A program made the translations under genes and the position numbers. Below, piece by piece: positions 51,707-64,000 of a stretch of 64,000 bases of DNA. How positions within the stretch are numbered: the first letter of the stretch is position 1; every line of letters begins with the position of its first letter. This stretch comes from Candidatus Bathyarchaeota archaeon (GTDB taxonomy: Archaea > Thermoproteota > Bathyarchaeia > Bathyarchaeales > Bathycorpusculaceae). The stretch is taken from assembly GCA_963806535.1 (NCBI GenBank), contig CAWDYC010000003.1, forward strand, positions 1 through 64,000, given 5' to 3'. The notes beneath the pieces were generated by a model. The model saw only the letters and a program-made list of their open reading frames with translations. It was not told the DNA's origin and ran no database searches.

Positions 51707-52294
51707 TTAGAGTCGCTCATTCTTGAACCGGGCAGAGGTCTTTATTTCTTGATCTTTTCCTATGTCCCAAGCTTTGGCAACTTTCTTTCCCAAACTCCAG
51801 TAACTCCGGTCATTCATAACAAACAAGAGCGGTTGTACCTTACCAAAATCTACAGACCCTTCACTCAAAACCTCTTGATCACAGAAAGTAGCAACTATCT
51901 TGCCTACGAAGACGTCATGGTTTGGAAAATCAACTGTTTTTATCAATTCGCATTCCATGTTTACAGTGCACTCTTCGATCATTGGAGCTGTTTTCAGTTT
52001 TCCGTAAAAAGTCTTAAACTGTAGAGCTTTGTCTTCGATTTCTCCTGAAACCAAACCGCAATAGTCAGTTTTCTTGACCATTTTTACTGAGGGAATGTTA
52101 ATGCTGAATGTTCCGTTTTCTTTTATTCCCGCATTTGTGTAATGGTTTTTGTTCATTCCAAGAGAAACCGAGCCTAAATCCATTATGCCCACATGCGCGA
52201 TAGTGATGTAGTTTGGTTTGCCGCTTACTAATGCCCCAACCAAGGTTGTTGGGAGTGGATAGAGACAGTTTTTTGGTCCTATTTCAATTTTCAT
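51707..52294 (-). CDS. Flavin reductase family protein
   Basis: DYCGLVSG, APMIEEC, HDVFVGKI. Confidence 0.88.
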   Translation of the reverse strand: MKIEIGPKNCLYPLPTTLVGALVSGKPNYITIAHVGIMDLGSVSLGMNKNHYTNAGIKENGTFSINIPSVKMVKKTDYCGLVSGEIEDKALQFKTFYGKLKTAPMIEECTVNMECELIKTVDFPNHDVFVGKIVATFCDQEVLSEGSVDFGKVQPLLFVMNDRSYWSLGKKVAKAWDIGKDQEIKTSARFKNERL

Positions 52295-52359
52295 TTTTAG
52301 AACCCGACCTTCAAGGAACTAGTAATATTTGCCATCAATTAAGGTTTTAAATGACTTAC

Positions 52360-53279
52360 CTTACAGCGCGGACTTTATCAAACCGATGACTCCGTCCAGT
52401 GAAGAATAAGTTTTGTTAGGAATTTTAGGCAATAATTCAGATAGGTGAACTCGTTTTTCAGCCGATAAGTTCACAACTTTCCACCCATAATCAGTCATCA
52501 GGGACTTGCTTTGTAGCGGGAAAAACTGCGTCCTCAGAAAGAACAGCCTTGGCAGAATCCAACCCGGTGTAAGCTGTTACTGGAAGAAAGTTGCCGGTTA
52601 GCTTGTAACTGTTTAAAACGGAGTGCATCAGTGCTCATTCTTGCTCCATGATAAGACATTGCAACGACTTTTGTTTTGGTTTCTGAGGCGTTATTATCGA
52701 TTTCTTGAAGTTCTTGGTCGGTGAATTGGTATATGTTGTGTTTGCCTTTGCCAAAGAGCCTTGTGTAACCGATGTCTGACCAGTCAGTTGGCTTTTCTTT
52801 AGAAATGTCTACACAGTGGATTATGTTGAAATCCCTCATCAAATCAACAGCTGTACTCTGTTACGGGTGCTCTTATTTCCCAAACAAGCCTAACTCCATG
52901 CAAATTTACAGAAGCAAAAAAATCCCTAGCAGAGCTAACTGCACTTTGATTAAGAACGTAGCTTGGTGGTGTTTCTAAAACAAGAAAAGGCGAATCAAGC
53001 AATCTGCAGTAAGTCACCATCTGACCAAGCACCCGATAAGCTTCATCGACGGGTTTAAAGCCGATTCTATGGGTTAAGATCTTGGTGGCAACGAACTGAA
53101 AAAGTGAAATCTCGGGGTACGGTTTTTCGCCTTCCCTCTAATAGCCGAGTGTTAGGGTACTGGTAGAATGTGTAGTTGACTTCCACAAAATTGAAAACTT
53201 CAGAATATGCCCCAAGTGAAGGCTTGTTTGGAACTTTGAAGTAAGCCCAGCCGCCAGTGCCAACCAAATAATCAGGCAA
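52360..53279 (-). pseudogene. DUF72-like protein, several frameshifts
   Basis: VGTGGWAY, FVEVNYTFYQYP, LVWEIR, YTRLFG over several frames. Confidence 0.7.
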
Positions 53280-53844
53280 ACAAATACCTAAATTATCCTT
53301 CTATGTTTTGATTAATTAGAGTATCTTTTGCTTTGAGATCGATATTTATAGCATTAAGATTCAGGAACATCCCCGTAGACCACCACGAAATGTGCATTAA
53401 TACAAAAACAAATTGTGCATTAGTAATGACAATTTTTGAATTATATCGTATGAACGATCCTCGAGTTATCCTACGTGTTTTTTTGGCTTGTTTCTCAAGT
53501 CTTGAAATCCGATGGGCTTCTAAGATTTCTCGGTCAGAAATCTCCTTTCCCTTATTTTGTTTATCAATTTCAGTAGAAAGACTTTTTAATTCTTCTTTTA
53601 AAGGCGGTACAGTAAGTTTGGTTAATACAATTTTATCCCTTTTCTGTAAACGATGTTTTGTTTTGAAGTAATTTTTAATTCTTTTCTGAGATATTGAGGG
53701 ATAACAATTTGACCTTTTTTCCGACAATTGCGATCTCAAGTTCTTCTTGTTCCTATTTCGTTACCCAAAAGTATAGTTTTCATAGTACATTGTTATTCAA
53801 CCTTAAGAACAAAAAAAGAAATGGAGAGTCTATTCAAGACTCAT

Positions 53845-54054
53845 TTATGGCTTCTTATAAAAGAACCTTAAAGCAGCAATCACCAGCAACAGGAAACCTA
53901 ACACGCTAAAAATGGTACCGAATCCTGAGCCTCTCAGGGGAGCGCCATGAATAGTTATTATTGCTAATCCAACGATCAGCAAGATTATTCCTAGAACTCC
54001 CAGAATGATCGCATGCATGTTTCGGTTGCTATTAGGTTTTGTATTTTCTCCCAT
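53845..54054 (-). CDS. Small 2-TM membrane protein (frameshifted paralogue at ~56280-56486)
   Basis: MHAIIL...RGSGFGTI shared with the 56.3-56.5 kb region. Confidence 0.65.
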   Translation of the reverse strand: MGENTKPNSNRNMHAIILGVLGIILLIVGLAIITIHGAPLRGSGFGTIFSVLGFLLLVIAALRFFYKKP

Positions 54055-54227
54055 TTCAATGCCTTCTTAATCCACATCGTTTCTTTACGTATATAAGCTT
54101 ATAATCAAAAAGAATAGCCATTTGAACACATTCACTAGTGCCACCTATACGGTTGTAGTAGTGGGGCTTATTATGGTTGATAAATCAAAAGGAAAGGGGC
54201 TCTTGAATTTCAGCGTAAACAGATCCA

Positions 54228-56178
54228 TTATATAAACAGTAGCCAGGCGACGAAGATAGCTAAGGTAGCGATGAAGAGACCTGCCCAAAGACTTTTGCTA
54301 TGCTTGAAAATGTCTTTTCCACTCATCGGCGAAACGGGGAATGTGCCGAAGAAGGAACCGATTACGCACATTGATAATCCTGCATCTCCAACAGCGGTAT
54401 ATCCTCCTTTTAACAGTAGGAAGAATAGTCCTGCGAAAGCTAAGCTGATAAGGATTTCAGATGTTGCTACTATAGCTCCTAATCGTTCAGTGAATTTTTT
54501 GGAGTGTGTGCTTCGTGTTGGTGAGGAAAATGGAACTCTGAAGGCAAAGGTGGTGAAGAGGAAAAGGATAAGTCCCAAAGGCCAAATCGAGTGTTCACTC
54601 CACACGCCTTTGCTTCGCAAGTAAGCTATGGATACGAACTTTTGTATGAACCCAACGATCACGCTTGTTAGAATGAACACGGGTAGCAGAGCCCAAATTT
54701 GGCTAAGAGTGATAACTTTAACGTAGGCGAAGGAAATTCCAAGAACAACTATTGCAACGATGTAAGCTAGAACTTCTGTCCCTGTTGGCTTAAAAAGCGA
54801 GCCTACTTTTTCGGCAGCTTCAGCTTCGCGTCTGGATGAGATTACTTCTTCAAGCCACTCCTTTAAATTATCCGGGATTAGACCTTTTGCTTTTTCCTCA
54901 GGTGCTCCACCCTCTTTTGCTAAGGGGTTACTTATTGCAGAAAGAATTGCAGCGAATACTGCTATTACAGCAGCTGATACACCAACGGCTACAGCTGTAT
55001 TTGTCTGGTTTAGGAACCCAGACCTGTTGAAGAAGATCTGACCCAGATGATGGAGTTGATGATCGAGTCGGACTTGTTGATGGGGATGCAGATGATGACG
55101 GGGACGAGGAAGCCCCAGGATTTGGAGAAGCAGAAGTGCTTGGGCTTGGCGATGCAGACGAGCTAGAAGAATCCGGTATAACAGAGACTGTGTTGTCACC
55201 CATGTTGGTTACTAATATTTCTCCTTTAACAGAATCATAAGCGACGCCTGCTGGGGTGGTTCCTACAGGTATAGTTGCAACAACGGTATTGTTGGTATCT
55301 GAAATTACTGAGACAGAGTTGGACCCGTGATTTGATACGAATATCTCGCCGGTACCTGAATCATAAGCTACGCCGTAGGGAGTGGTTCCAACAGCTATGG
55401 TAGCTACAACGGTATTATTGTTGTCTGATATCACCGAGACTGAATTGAACCCAGAACCATAATTAGCCACGAAGAGCTCACCTTTACTGGAATCATAAGC
55501 TGCACCAGCAGGGGAAGTTCCTACAGTTATGATTGCAGTCACCAGATTGGTTCTGTCATTTATTACCGAAACTGTGTTGTAACCAGAATTGGACACGAAG
55601 ACTTCATTCATTGTTGCATCATAGATTACTTTATTGGGATTTGTTCCGACAGATATGTTTGCGACAACGGTGTTAGAGATGTCTGATATTACTGAGACAT
55701 TGTTGTCTCCGGAATTAACTACGAATATTTCATTTGCGCCAGGATCATAAGCTAGGTTATTTGGGGTTGTTCCGACGGGTATTGTAGTTAGCACACGTCG
55801 GGTGCTGTCGGATATTACTGAGACTGAGTTGGAACCGTGGTTGGTCACGAATATCTCTCCTTTAACAGAATCATAGGCTATACCTGTTGGAGAGGTTCCC
55901 ACAGTTACGGTTGCCAACACAAGTTTAGTGCTGTCTGAAATAACCGTGACTGTATTGTAACCAGAATTAGCTACATATATCTCGCCTTTGCCTTGATCAT
56001 AAGCTACGCCTGTGGGAGAGGTTCCTACGGTTATTGTGTTGGTGACACCGATAGCTCTAACCAAGTTAGCTGCTGAAAAGGCAAAAATTAAAATTAGAAA
56101 TAATCCCAAAAGCTTCCAGACTTTAACATTCATCAACCTTCGCCTTCCTTTCTCCCCAAGCGCTCGCTTTAGTTTCAA
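54228..56178 (-). CDS. YVTN beta-propeller fused through a Ser/Pro linker to a multi-TM C-terminal domain (frameshift near 55030)
   Basis: Seven P.G.AYD...IFV.N repeats, S/P linker, then a TM-rich frame at 54228-55030. Confidence 0.8.
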
Positions 56179-56544
56179 ACATTTCCTAACTTATAATGTT
56201 AGTGTGATTTGGGACTCATAAGGTTCAATTATAAGCAGCAAAAAAAGAAAGATGGATGAGTCTACAAAAAAAGACTCAATGCACCTTCATACTAAATCTA
56301 ATAGAGAAATAACCAGCAATACAGCGCCAATTACAAGTGAGATTGTGCCAAACCCTGAACCTCGAGACTGCTATGAATAGTTATTATTCCTACCCCAGCA
56401 ATCATTAGGATTACTCCAATCACGAGCAAAATAATTGCGTGCATTTTGTTGTTGCCAGTAGATTTTGCATTTTCCGTTTCAGCCATTTTCAAATTCTTCT
56501 TTACTCGACATTATTGATTCAGACAGAATTACGCGAGTTTTCAT

Positions 56545-56850
56545 TAATCTTATTCGAAATGGAATTGAAGCAATCTCACAAGAAGGGGCAAATTCAATAA
56601 CTGCAAAAACACACTAAACAGCATAGAAATCGCATTCAACGACACAGGCACGGGAATTTCTGGCGACGTTCTACCCAAAATTTTCTCACCAGTCGCCCCT
56701 AACAAAGCTCAAGGCGGAGGTTTCGGTTAAGCCATATCCAAGCGCATAATCTATGATCATGCTGGAACAATTACCATTGAAACGACTAAAACAAAAGGCA
56801 CAACCTTCACTATCACTTTGCCAATTAAAGCCACTTCTAAGATTGAGCGC
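56545..56850 (+). pseudogene. HATPase_c remnant of a histidine kinase
   Basis: NLIRNGIEA...DTGTGI...KIFSP...GGGFG*AISKRII..H.G.I...GTTFTITLP with an internal stop. Confidence 0.75.
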
Positions 56851-57013
56851 GAAGTGGAAAGGCAAAATCGAACTGATATTGGAGAAATCAATTCATGATT
56901 GCTTGGGATTATTCAATTGTTCAGAATCAGGCAAATGCAGTGAATATAAAAAATGCTTAAAAAAGTATTTGCTCGCTGAAACAAGGAACGAGAACTTGAA
57001 ATTGTAATTTTTT

Positions 57014-58004
57014 TTATATCCATCCTCTATGTTTAAAAATCAACGCGAGGCTTGAAGCTATGGTAATCATTATTGCAATCATAATGTAGAAGCCGAAAGG
57101 ACTGGTCACTTCTGGAATCTGTCCTGGTTTGAAGTTTGTGCCGTAAATTCCAGCGATCAAAGTCAACGGTAGAAAGATGGCTGAGATTATCGTTAGTACT
57201 CTGATTATGTTGTTTGTGTTTATATTTTGAACGTTAACCAGGATATCTCTGATGTTACTCATTTCCTCACGATGAGCGTCAACCACATCTACCAACTGGA
57301 TTGTTCTATCGTATAGATTTCCGAAACGAGGAAGATTTATGCCAGATATTAGCGCAAATTCACCCCTTGTTATTCTCCCCATAATTTCGCGAAGAGGACT
57401 CAAACTCTGTCTAAGAGTCACTAATTTCTCTCTAATCTTCAGAACCTTAACCGTGAACGTGCTGTCAATCTTTCTTGTCCCTTGCCTAAAAAAGCCTAAG
57501 GCTTCTTGGCTCAGCAGTTCTATCCGTTCAAACACCGAGTCTGAAACTGGATAATACTCACTGGTGACCAAATCCAACAGAATGTACAATATTATATCAG
57601 TTGAAGGAACAAGAGACAAAGAAAAATATCCGTGAGTGCCTATTTTCTTGTAAACAGAGCACGTCAACTCAGAGTAGCCTTTATGAACGGTTATTATCCA
57701 TCTCGAACAAACAAGCATCGCTAAGCGTTCCATCTTCCCATCAGAAATAAAGCCTTCTCTATGAGGAAAATTTAGAAGACAAAACACTGCGATCTTCATG
57801 TTCATCTATTCGTGAATGTTCTCCTTCTTCAGTAAGTTCTTGTAGGTTGTGTTCATCCAAGCTAAAATAATCTTTCAGCTCATTCATTTCAGCATCAGTG
57901 GGGTCTTGGGCATCTACCCAGAGAACCTGCTCTTTACTGATGTCTGCAGGTAACGCTTCCAGATTTTCGGATTGCCATCTACCTTCTTCATGCTGCTTAA
58001 GCAA
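57014..58004 (-). CDS. corA: CorA-family Mg2+ transporter (frameshift near 57790)
   Basis: WVDAQDP, LTIISAIFLPLTLIAGIYGTNF (GMN-like motif is GTN here). Confidence 0.85.
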
Positions 58005-58124
58005 AGTAACAGTTAGCAGGTACTATCTCCGAGTTACTAAATGAGAATCCTATTTGTAAACCTAACCATAATTTTACTGATCTCTCAGCATAAATGGAGG
58101 CCGTAGGTAAGGGAAGGAGAAAGA

Positions 58125-58536
58125 TTAGATTGCCCGCATGCGATTGTTTCTCGGGTTGTGTTCAACTTCCGCTTTTCCCATAGCTTCTAAGATTGGCGGA
58201 ATATAGTTTGCAAAGCGACCCCGCAAACCTTTTTTCATCCCGTACCATCCCCCTACAGGGTTTTCAGGTGACCTGCCCCAAGCCTCAACTGTTCCTTCTT
58301 CAGCGGGCTTCTGCTCGTCTACACTGCCCAGCGGCATCCAATCTCTTTTCGCCTTCAACATTTTATACAAATCGTCCAAGCATCTAAGCTGGTATTTGAG
58401 TTCTGTTTTGCCTACCCACACAACGACTGCTGGCGGATTTGCGGTCTTCATCGCGGTAAGCTTTGAATTCAGAAGTGCCTGGTGGAGTTTTAAGAATCCA
58501 AGGATCAGTTTTTGTTCCTTTTTCTTTTGCTGTCAA
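58125..58536 (-). CDS. Conserved hypothetical protein (frameshift near 58445)
   Basis: DPWILKTPPGTSEF joins VGKTELKY...GSVDEQKPA..GTVEAWGRS..NPVGGWYG...RGRF. Confidence 0.7.
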
Positions 58537-58614
58537 ATAATATCCTATTTAGTTAGCGGTAATTGCTGTTAATAACGATGTGTTACTGTTATACTACAGT
58601 CACAAAAATTGTAG

Positions 58615-59938
58615 TTATTTTTTGGAGAAGGTTCTTGCATTTCTTATTCGAACTTGTCCATGTTTGTATCTCAAAAGAGCGGCAAAGCCTCCTAAAGCTG
58701 TAAGCTTCGCTTTTTCCTCTGATTCTGGAGATATTACCTCAACTCTTGCATTTGTTTGTGAAGCACCATCTTCCAAGACATCTATTATATCCTTCTCGTC
58801 AACTTCATATTCAACTGCGCCGCACCTTTCACAGGGGATCGATATCATTTCCTGGATTGTTTGAACCTTTTGCCCCTTTATCACTATCTTCGTCTTGGAT
58901 AAAGAACATTTTTTGCACATTGCAACAATTTCAATCATATCAGTGGTATCTGTAACTAATGCAATTTCCACTTCACCGGTCTTAAGCGATTTCAAAACTG
59001 AATCTAATCCGTAGAGTAGCCAAACCATTTTGCTTGGCGATATCTGATAGAAGGCGCTGAACAACACTTTTCTGTTCTGGCAAACACATATTCTTCAGTG
59101 AATCAAATGATTTGTCAAGCACCTCTCTTACTCCTTCTCTGCCAGCGGATTGTGTATCCACTTTGCCCAGAAACACATTTTTTAGCTCATAGTGAAGAAA
59201 ATCGCCGTTTAAAAAATCCTCTTTTGTTGTACCTGGTCCTCCAACGAGCAACACGTTAACTTTATGGTTCTCGAGAAATGCTTTGGCTGCATGTTCTGCA
59301 ACTCTATGGAAATAGTGTGTGAGTTCCGTGTCGCGTTCTCTTTCATATCTTCTTTGGCTTGACCCACCTTTTCCAGATTTTCCATGAATTCCAGAGGTGA
59401 TATTTTCTATGAATTCGAATCGTTCACCATTAAGCAGACCAAAGCTAGCCTCCTTTGAATCTAAAGCGATTAGACCCACAACTTTTAGGTCTCTAAGCAT
59501 TTCTCTTAGTGGCTCTAACTGGAAATAGTTGTTAACCTCCAACAAAAATGAAGTAATCGGTTCTGGTGGAACTACTTCTTCGACATTTAAAGATGCGTTT
59601 TCCAATTCGTTCGCAACGAAAGTTCCGGCAAATATCGCAATTCCATTCTCTGGAATTTCCCTCAGCAACCTTAAACGCTGAATCACATTCCTGATTGCGT
59701 CTTGATGATGGTCCACACTTTTGGACCTCGTGGCAACAGAATCAGATTCCGCTTTAAGAATTGCGATTACCTCATCTATGGATTTTTCCCGAGGTACGTA
59801 TAGCGAGATAAATTCAATGCCGAGTCCCTCCCTTTCTGATAGCCATGCTATGAGCTTCTTCAGCTTATGCTGTTTCACAGAATTAGTTGTTGCTATTTGG
59901 CACCCGTGAAAATGGGCCGCTGCTTTTTCAGTTACCAA
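58615..59938 (-). CDS. aRF1/eRF1-family paralogue with GGS in place of GGQ (frameshift near 59010)
   Basis: ISLYVP, GKSGKGGSSQRRYERER, VGGPGTTKEDF, YGLDSV, Zn-ribbon CKKC/CERC, GGFAALLRY. Confidence 0.85.
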
Positions 59939-59947
59939 CTCTGCACC

Positions 59948-60262
59948 TTACTTTTCGGTTGTCAAAACTTCTGCAGCAATCGTTGTGACTGCATCGAGGT
60001 CAACTTCTTCGGTTTCTTTTACGCAACCACTCGGCCTATAAACTAAAATCAATTCCTCACAAGTTCTTCCTTCGGGCTTGCCTAATTCTGTGCATGCTCT
60101 ACTTTGCGCTTCATCTTCTGACATACTGCATGTTTTAACACTTGCCTTGTCTAGTTTTAACAAAGTGTTATCATTTTTCAAAATATACGTTTTAACTTTT
60201 ACTTCGCCAACTCTTTTTCCTTTTTCCTGACCCATAAACAAACCTCCAATCAACTTGCTCAT
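59948..60262 (-). CDS. Hypothetical protein
   Basis: ORF track; GGAGG RBS before the internal MGQEK start. Confidence 0.55.
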   Translation of the reverse strand: MSKLIGGLFMGQEKGKRVGEVKVKTYILKNDNTLLKLDKASVKTCSMSEDEAQSRACTELGKPEGRTCEELILVYRPSGCVKETEEVDLDAVTTIAAEVLTTEK

Positions 60263-60372
60263 CTACAATAATTATCTCGTCTATCTGGTTAAAAACCTAA
60301 ACTGTATAAAACTCTTTTTAACTCATAAAAGTAAGCCTTTGAATTTAGAAAAATCACAGATTCGAAACTTAA

Positions 60373-60982
60373 TCAGAACCCCAATTTTTCATTTACAAAA
60401 ATTAGAGTAATTTTCCTAAAGGGCAAGGTTTCTTTTTCAAATACCAGTATTTTGACTATTGTACTGCCTTTTAATCCAGCTTGTTTCATTCTCTGATCTT
60501 CAAGAGGAAAAACACAATCACGTTTTCGTTTCATGGCTTCCTCGAAGTTAGGAACGATTTTTTGTGCACCTTCAACCCAAATTACATTGTTTGTTGGGTA
60601 AACGTAGGAAGACAATTGACTGCCTGTTGCGCTAGCAATGATTAGTTGCCCCGACTGCGTAATGGCGTGAACACTTCTTAAAAATATTCAGCTGTAATAC
60701 TTTTTTTACACATTTCAGCTTGTTTTTTAGGATCTTTTCTGAGACTATCTTTTCTTTGAGGTTATTCCTTGAGTGTTTACCCGAACTCAAGAAGTCAACA
60801 AAACCAATTTCTTTAAGAGTTGTTGAACTGCCAGTCATAACTTCGGCTCCTAAAGGAACAAGATTTTTCAATCTTTCTAATGCTTCTTGTTTGTTATTTA
60901 GGAATTCAACGTGGAAACATCTTCCTTCAAGGGCTACGCCAGTACTGCTAACTACGGCTTGATCAGCTAATTCAACCCACAT
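60373..60982 (-). CDS. LUD-domain (lactate utilisation C-like) protein, frameshifted
   Basis: GSSTTLKEIG, ASATGSQL, GAQKIVPN, KITLIFVNEKLGF. Confidence 0.75.
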
Positions 60983-61282
60983 ATTGACAATCACGATTGT
61001 TTTTTGCAAAACTCTACTAAAGAAGTTGCCGCTAAGTCCCGACACTAATTCTTTAGAAAGCAAATAGCATTTTTAAGTCCTCGAACTAAATATTCAAAAA
61101 CATTAAAGTTTTGAATCAACAACCTCAAACGTTCTGTTATCAAACCTTCAACTTACTCAAAAGTGCCCCCTATAAATTTTTAGAGAAATGAAGAATCCTA
61201 GTCAAATCTTTTGCACAATTAAAATTAAAAAGAATCCAAGTTATCAACTACCTTAAATAGGCTTGAGTCAAAAACAAAGGGG

Positions 61283-62803
61283 ATGCTGCCTAAAGGGAAA
61301 CCTCAAGAAGAATTACAAATCTTCTCGTTAGCTGTTGAAATGTGTACTGATGGAATAGTAATTGGAGAGCTAACTGGAAAAATCACTTATGTAAACCAAT
61401 CTTTACTTAAAATGTACGGATCCACAGACAAAACTGAACTTATTGGAAAACATATTCTTGAATTAATTGCCAAAAAAGACCAAGCGAGGACGACTCAAAT
61501 TTCTAATGAATGTATCAAAACGGGCCAATGCGTCGCTACAGAATTTGCCGCATTATCTAAAGATGGAGTTGAAATTCCTGTTGAAGCTACCATTGCAGTC
61601 ATAAAAGCCGATGATGGAAGAGATATAGGATTCATAGATGTTGTAAGAGAAATTAAAGAACGCAAGAAAGCCGAAGAAACGCTAAAAAAACAAGCTCAAT
61701 TAATCAACCTAAGCCCCCTCGCCACAATTGTCAAAAAAATAGATGACACTATTGTTTTCTGGAGTCAAGGAGCACAAGACCTTTACGGATGGACCAAAGA
61801 GGAGGCTATCGGAAAAAAAAGTCGAGAACTCTTCAAAACAGAGTTCCCAGAGTCTTACGAAAAAATAATCGGTTATCTGGAAAAAGCCGGGTGCTGGTCA
61901 GGAGAGAAAAAACAGCAAACAAAATTCAATCAACAGGTTTCGGTTAGAAGTCGGTGGCTCGCCAGCTACAACAGTGAAGGCAAAGTTGAAGAAATACTTG
62001 AAACAAACGTTGACATAACTGAGCTAAAATTTATGCAAGAAAAACTTGAGGAATATTCCAAGGGACTTGAATTTACAGTTCAAGAACGAACAAAAGAATT
62101 AGTTGAAACACAAACACGCCTTGTGAAGTCAGAACGCTTGGCCACTATAGGTGAATTAGCAGGCATGGTTGGACATGATTTGCGTAATCCACTTGCGGGA
62201 ATTAAGAATGCAAATTATTTCCTCAAGAAAAAATACAGCTCGTCTTTGGATGACAAAGGCAAAGAGATGCTTGCCATAATTGACCGCTCAGTTGAGCATG
62301 CGGATAATATTGTTGGGGACCTGCTGGATTACAGTCGGGAAATAAAGCTAGAGCTTGAGGAATATTCGCCTAAGTCGCTAATTGATTATGTATTGCTTTC
62401 CATTAAACCGTCAAGCCGCATCAAAATAATAGATCGCACAGAAAGTTTCCCAGCTATTTGGGTAGATGCAAACAAAATCGAAAGAGTATTCATCAATCTT
62501 ATCAAGAATGCTATTGACGCTATGCCTGAAGGCGGTACAATTGAAATAACCAGCCGACAAAACGGGGAAAACATAGAATTAGCTTTTGCAGATACAGGCA
62601 TGGGCATGTCATCTGACGTGATAGCAAAAATCTTCACTCCACTTTTCACCACCAAAGCACAGGGAATGGGTTTAGGATTAGCAATTTGCAAACGAGTAGT
62701 TGAAGCACATCATGGAAAAATAACTGTGGAGAGCACACTAAACAAAGGAACAATCTTTACGATAGCTTTACCAATTAGCCAAGAATCAAACAAGAAAGAA
62801 TGA
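61283..62803 (+). CDS. Cytoplasmic PAS-PAS histidine kinase
   Basis: Two PAS domains, HDLRNPL, NAIDAM, DTGMG, GMGLGL. Confidence 0.93.
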   Translation: MLPKGKPQEELQIFSLAVEMCTDGIVIGELTGKITYVNQSLLKMYGSTDKTELIGKHILELIAKKDQARTTQISNECIKTGQCVATEFAALSKDGVEIPVEATIAVIKADDGRDIGFIDVVREIKERKKAEETLKKQAQLINLSPLATIVKKIDDTIVFWSQGAQDLYGWTKEEAIGKKSRELFKTEFPESYEKIIGYLEKAGCWSGEKKQQTKFNQQVSVRSRWLASYNSEGKVEEILETNVDITELKFMQEKLEEYSKGLEFTVQERTKELVETQTRLVKSERLATIGELAGMVGHDLRNPLAGIKNANYFLKKKYSSSLDDKGKEMLAIIDRSVEHADNIVGDLLDYSREIKLELEEYSPKSLIDYVLLSIKPSSRIKIIDRTESFPAIWVDANKIERVFINLIKNAIDAMPEGGTIEITSRQNGENIELAFADTGMGMSSDVIAKIFTPLFTTKAQGMGLGLAICKRVVEAHHGKITVESTLNKGTIFTIALPISQESNKKE

Positions 62804-63375
62804 CTGAATCTCAATGATAGATGCCTCGAATTTTGTGGACATCTTTTAGAGAACTATTTCACCATTAATGTGGCTTAGAACCAACAAAAGAAATCTTGAA
62901 AAAAATCTATTACTAAAAGATGAGACTATTTGTTCTGATTATTTCAAGAAATTTTTCCAACTATTCTTTGAGTTGTACCTTCGCATACTTCGGGTTTCCA
63001 AGTGCAAATGCCGGCGATTATCTCATCAAGATAGTGGGCCAACTCTTCATTTGTTACACCTTTAGAACAATTAACATTGTATTCGATTTCTCCATTTACT
63101 CGTCTTACCGTTATATCAACCAAAGAATCATTATCCATAACTCACGCCTCTTCCAGACAATCTTAAATAATAAAATTTAAACTTTCATGTTAGCCTTAGA
63201 CTCGCTAAAGTGTTAGCGTTAAGTCGTTATTCTTTATTTTGGTAACTTATTAAAAGTTAATTTTCCTCTCTTATCAGGAAGATCTATCGAATATGTAAAA
63301 ACTAAAGACATAAATTATTCCGTCCATAATTCTCATCAACTCATTAACGCCATTTAATGGGAAGTACTGGTTTGT

Positions 63376-64000
63376 ATGAAATTGAAGCTTTGGAAAGCCA
63401 GCAGCCTTCTTGTGTGCCTCGTTCTAGCAGTTTTTGTCATGTCAGTCGTTTCGGCTGCGAACTACGAAAAAACTTTTAGTATCCAGGCTCCATCTGGACT
63501 TATTAATCGTCAGTATAAGTTTATCAGCCATCAATCGGACCTCCTCAGTGGACTCTACAACCAAAAGTTGTACATTTCCATTACGCCTTCGCTCTACAAT
63601 TATTACAGTAACATGAGCCACACTGTAAATGAGGACAGTGATTACGCAAAATTCATAACACCACAATCCGTAGCACCCATCGCGGAGAGCATACAAAAAG
63701 TTACGGATAAACTGCCTCACAGCGACGAACAGTTTGCTGACGCTGTTTTAATGATGGTTCACCAAATCCCCTATGCTATTACTGAGCCAAAGTATCCTAT
63801 TGAAACTCTAAAAGACAATTATGGAGATTGTGTTGAACTTTCTTTTCTTGCAGCTTCTATCATGAAGGCTGGAGGTTTAGATGTTGTTCTGATTCATTAC
63901 ACAGGAATCAGATCCTGAGCATTTGAATGTTGGAGTTTACTTGACCGACAAACCCGTTTACCACACTCTAACGAGCCCGCTTACCGGCTTTGAATATAAC
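63376..64000 (+). CDS. Secreted transglutaminase-like protein (frameshift near 63910; runs off the window)
   Basis: Signal peptide; VHQIPY, KYPIETL...GDCVELS catalytic Cys motif; EHLNVGV follows in a shifted frame. Confidence 0.7.

Noticed and set aside
54928-56050. Periodic nucleotide repeats (gaatcataag...) as a CRISPR array
   Set aside because: They are coding YVTN beta-propeller repeats at ~126-bp period, degenerate at third codon positions
56753-57007. 84-aa ORF with C-terminal Cys residues
   Set aside because: Its 5' half overlaps the HATPase remnant in another frame; no independent support

Overview
Archaeal genomic DNA, most consistent with Bathyarchaeia/TACK. This is an inference from a Cren7-like chromatin protein, a MIT-domain Vps4/CdvC ATPase, Cdc48, MptA, PAC2 chaperones, Rpo12 and PEF-CTERM surface proteins. 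No rRNA, tRNA or CRISPR array was recognised. Many genes carry single-base frameshifts in short homopolymers, which are probably sequencing errors. The main find is a candidate RiPP-like system at about 18.2-23.5 kb. It holds a radical SAM/SPASM enzyme, a cobalamin-dependent radical SAM enzyme and two paralogous ~135-140 aa precursor-like proteins, whose 7-Cys core (12-residue CPxxLCSxCxNx repeats) sits internally between a conserved leader helix and a follower helix. It also holds a class I methyltransferase whose N-terminus is a third copy of that leader+follower scaffold without the Cys core. VapBC modules lie on both sides of the cluster. Other notable items are a duplicated rpo12 + Zn-ribbon cassette, a ~215-bp inverted repeat bracketing cdc48, a TnpB/IS605 right-end remnant, an arsenic island with three arsC genes, a ~300-nt structured non-coding element at 49.25-49.56 kb, and an aRF1 paralogue with GGS in place of GGQ.
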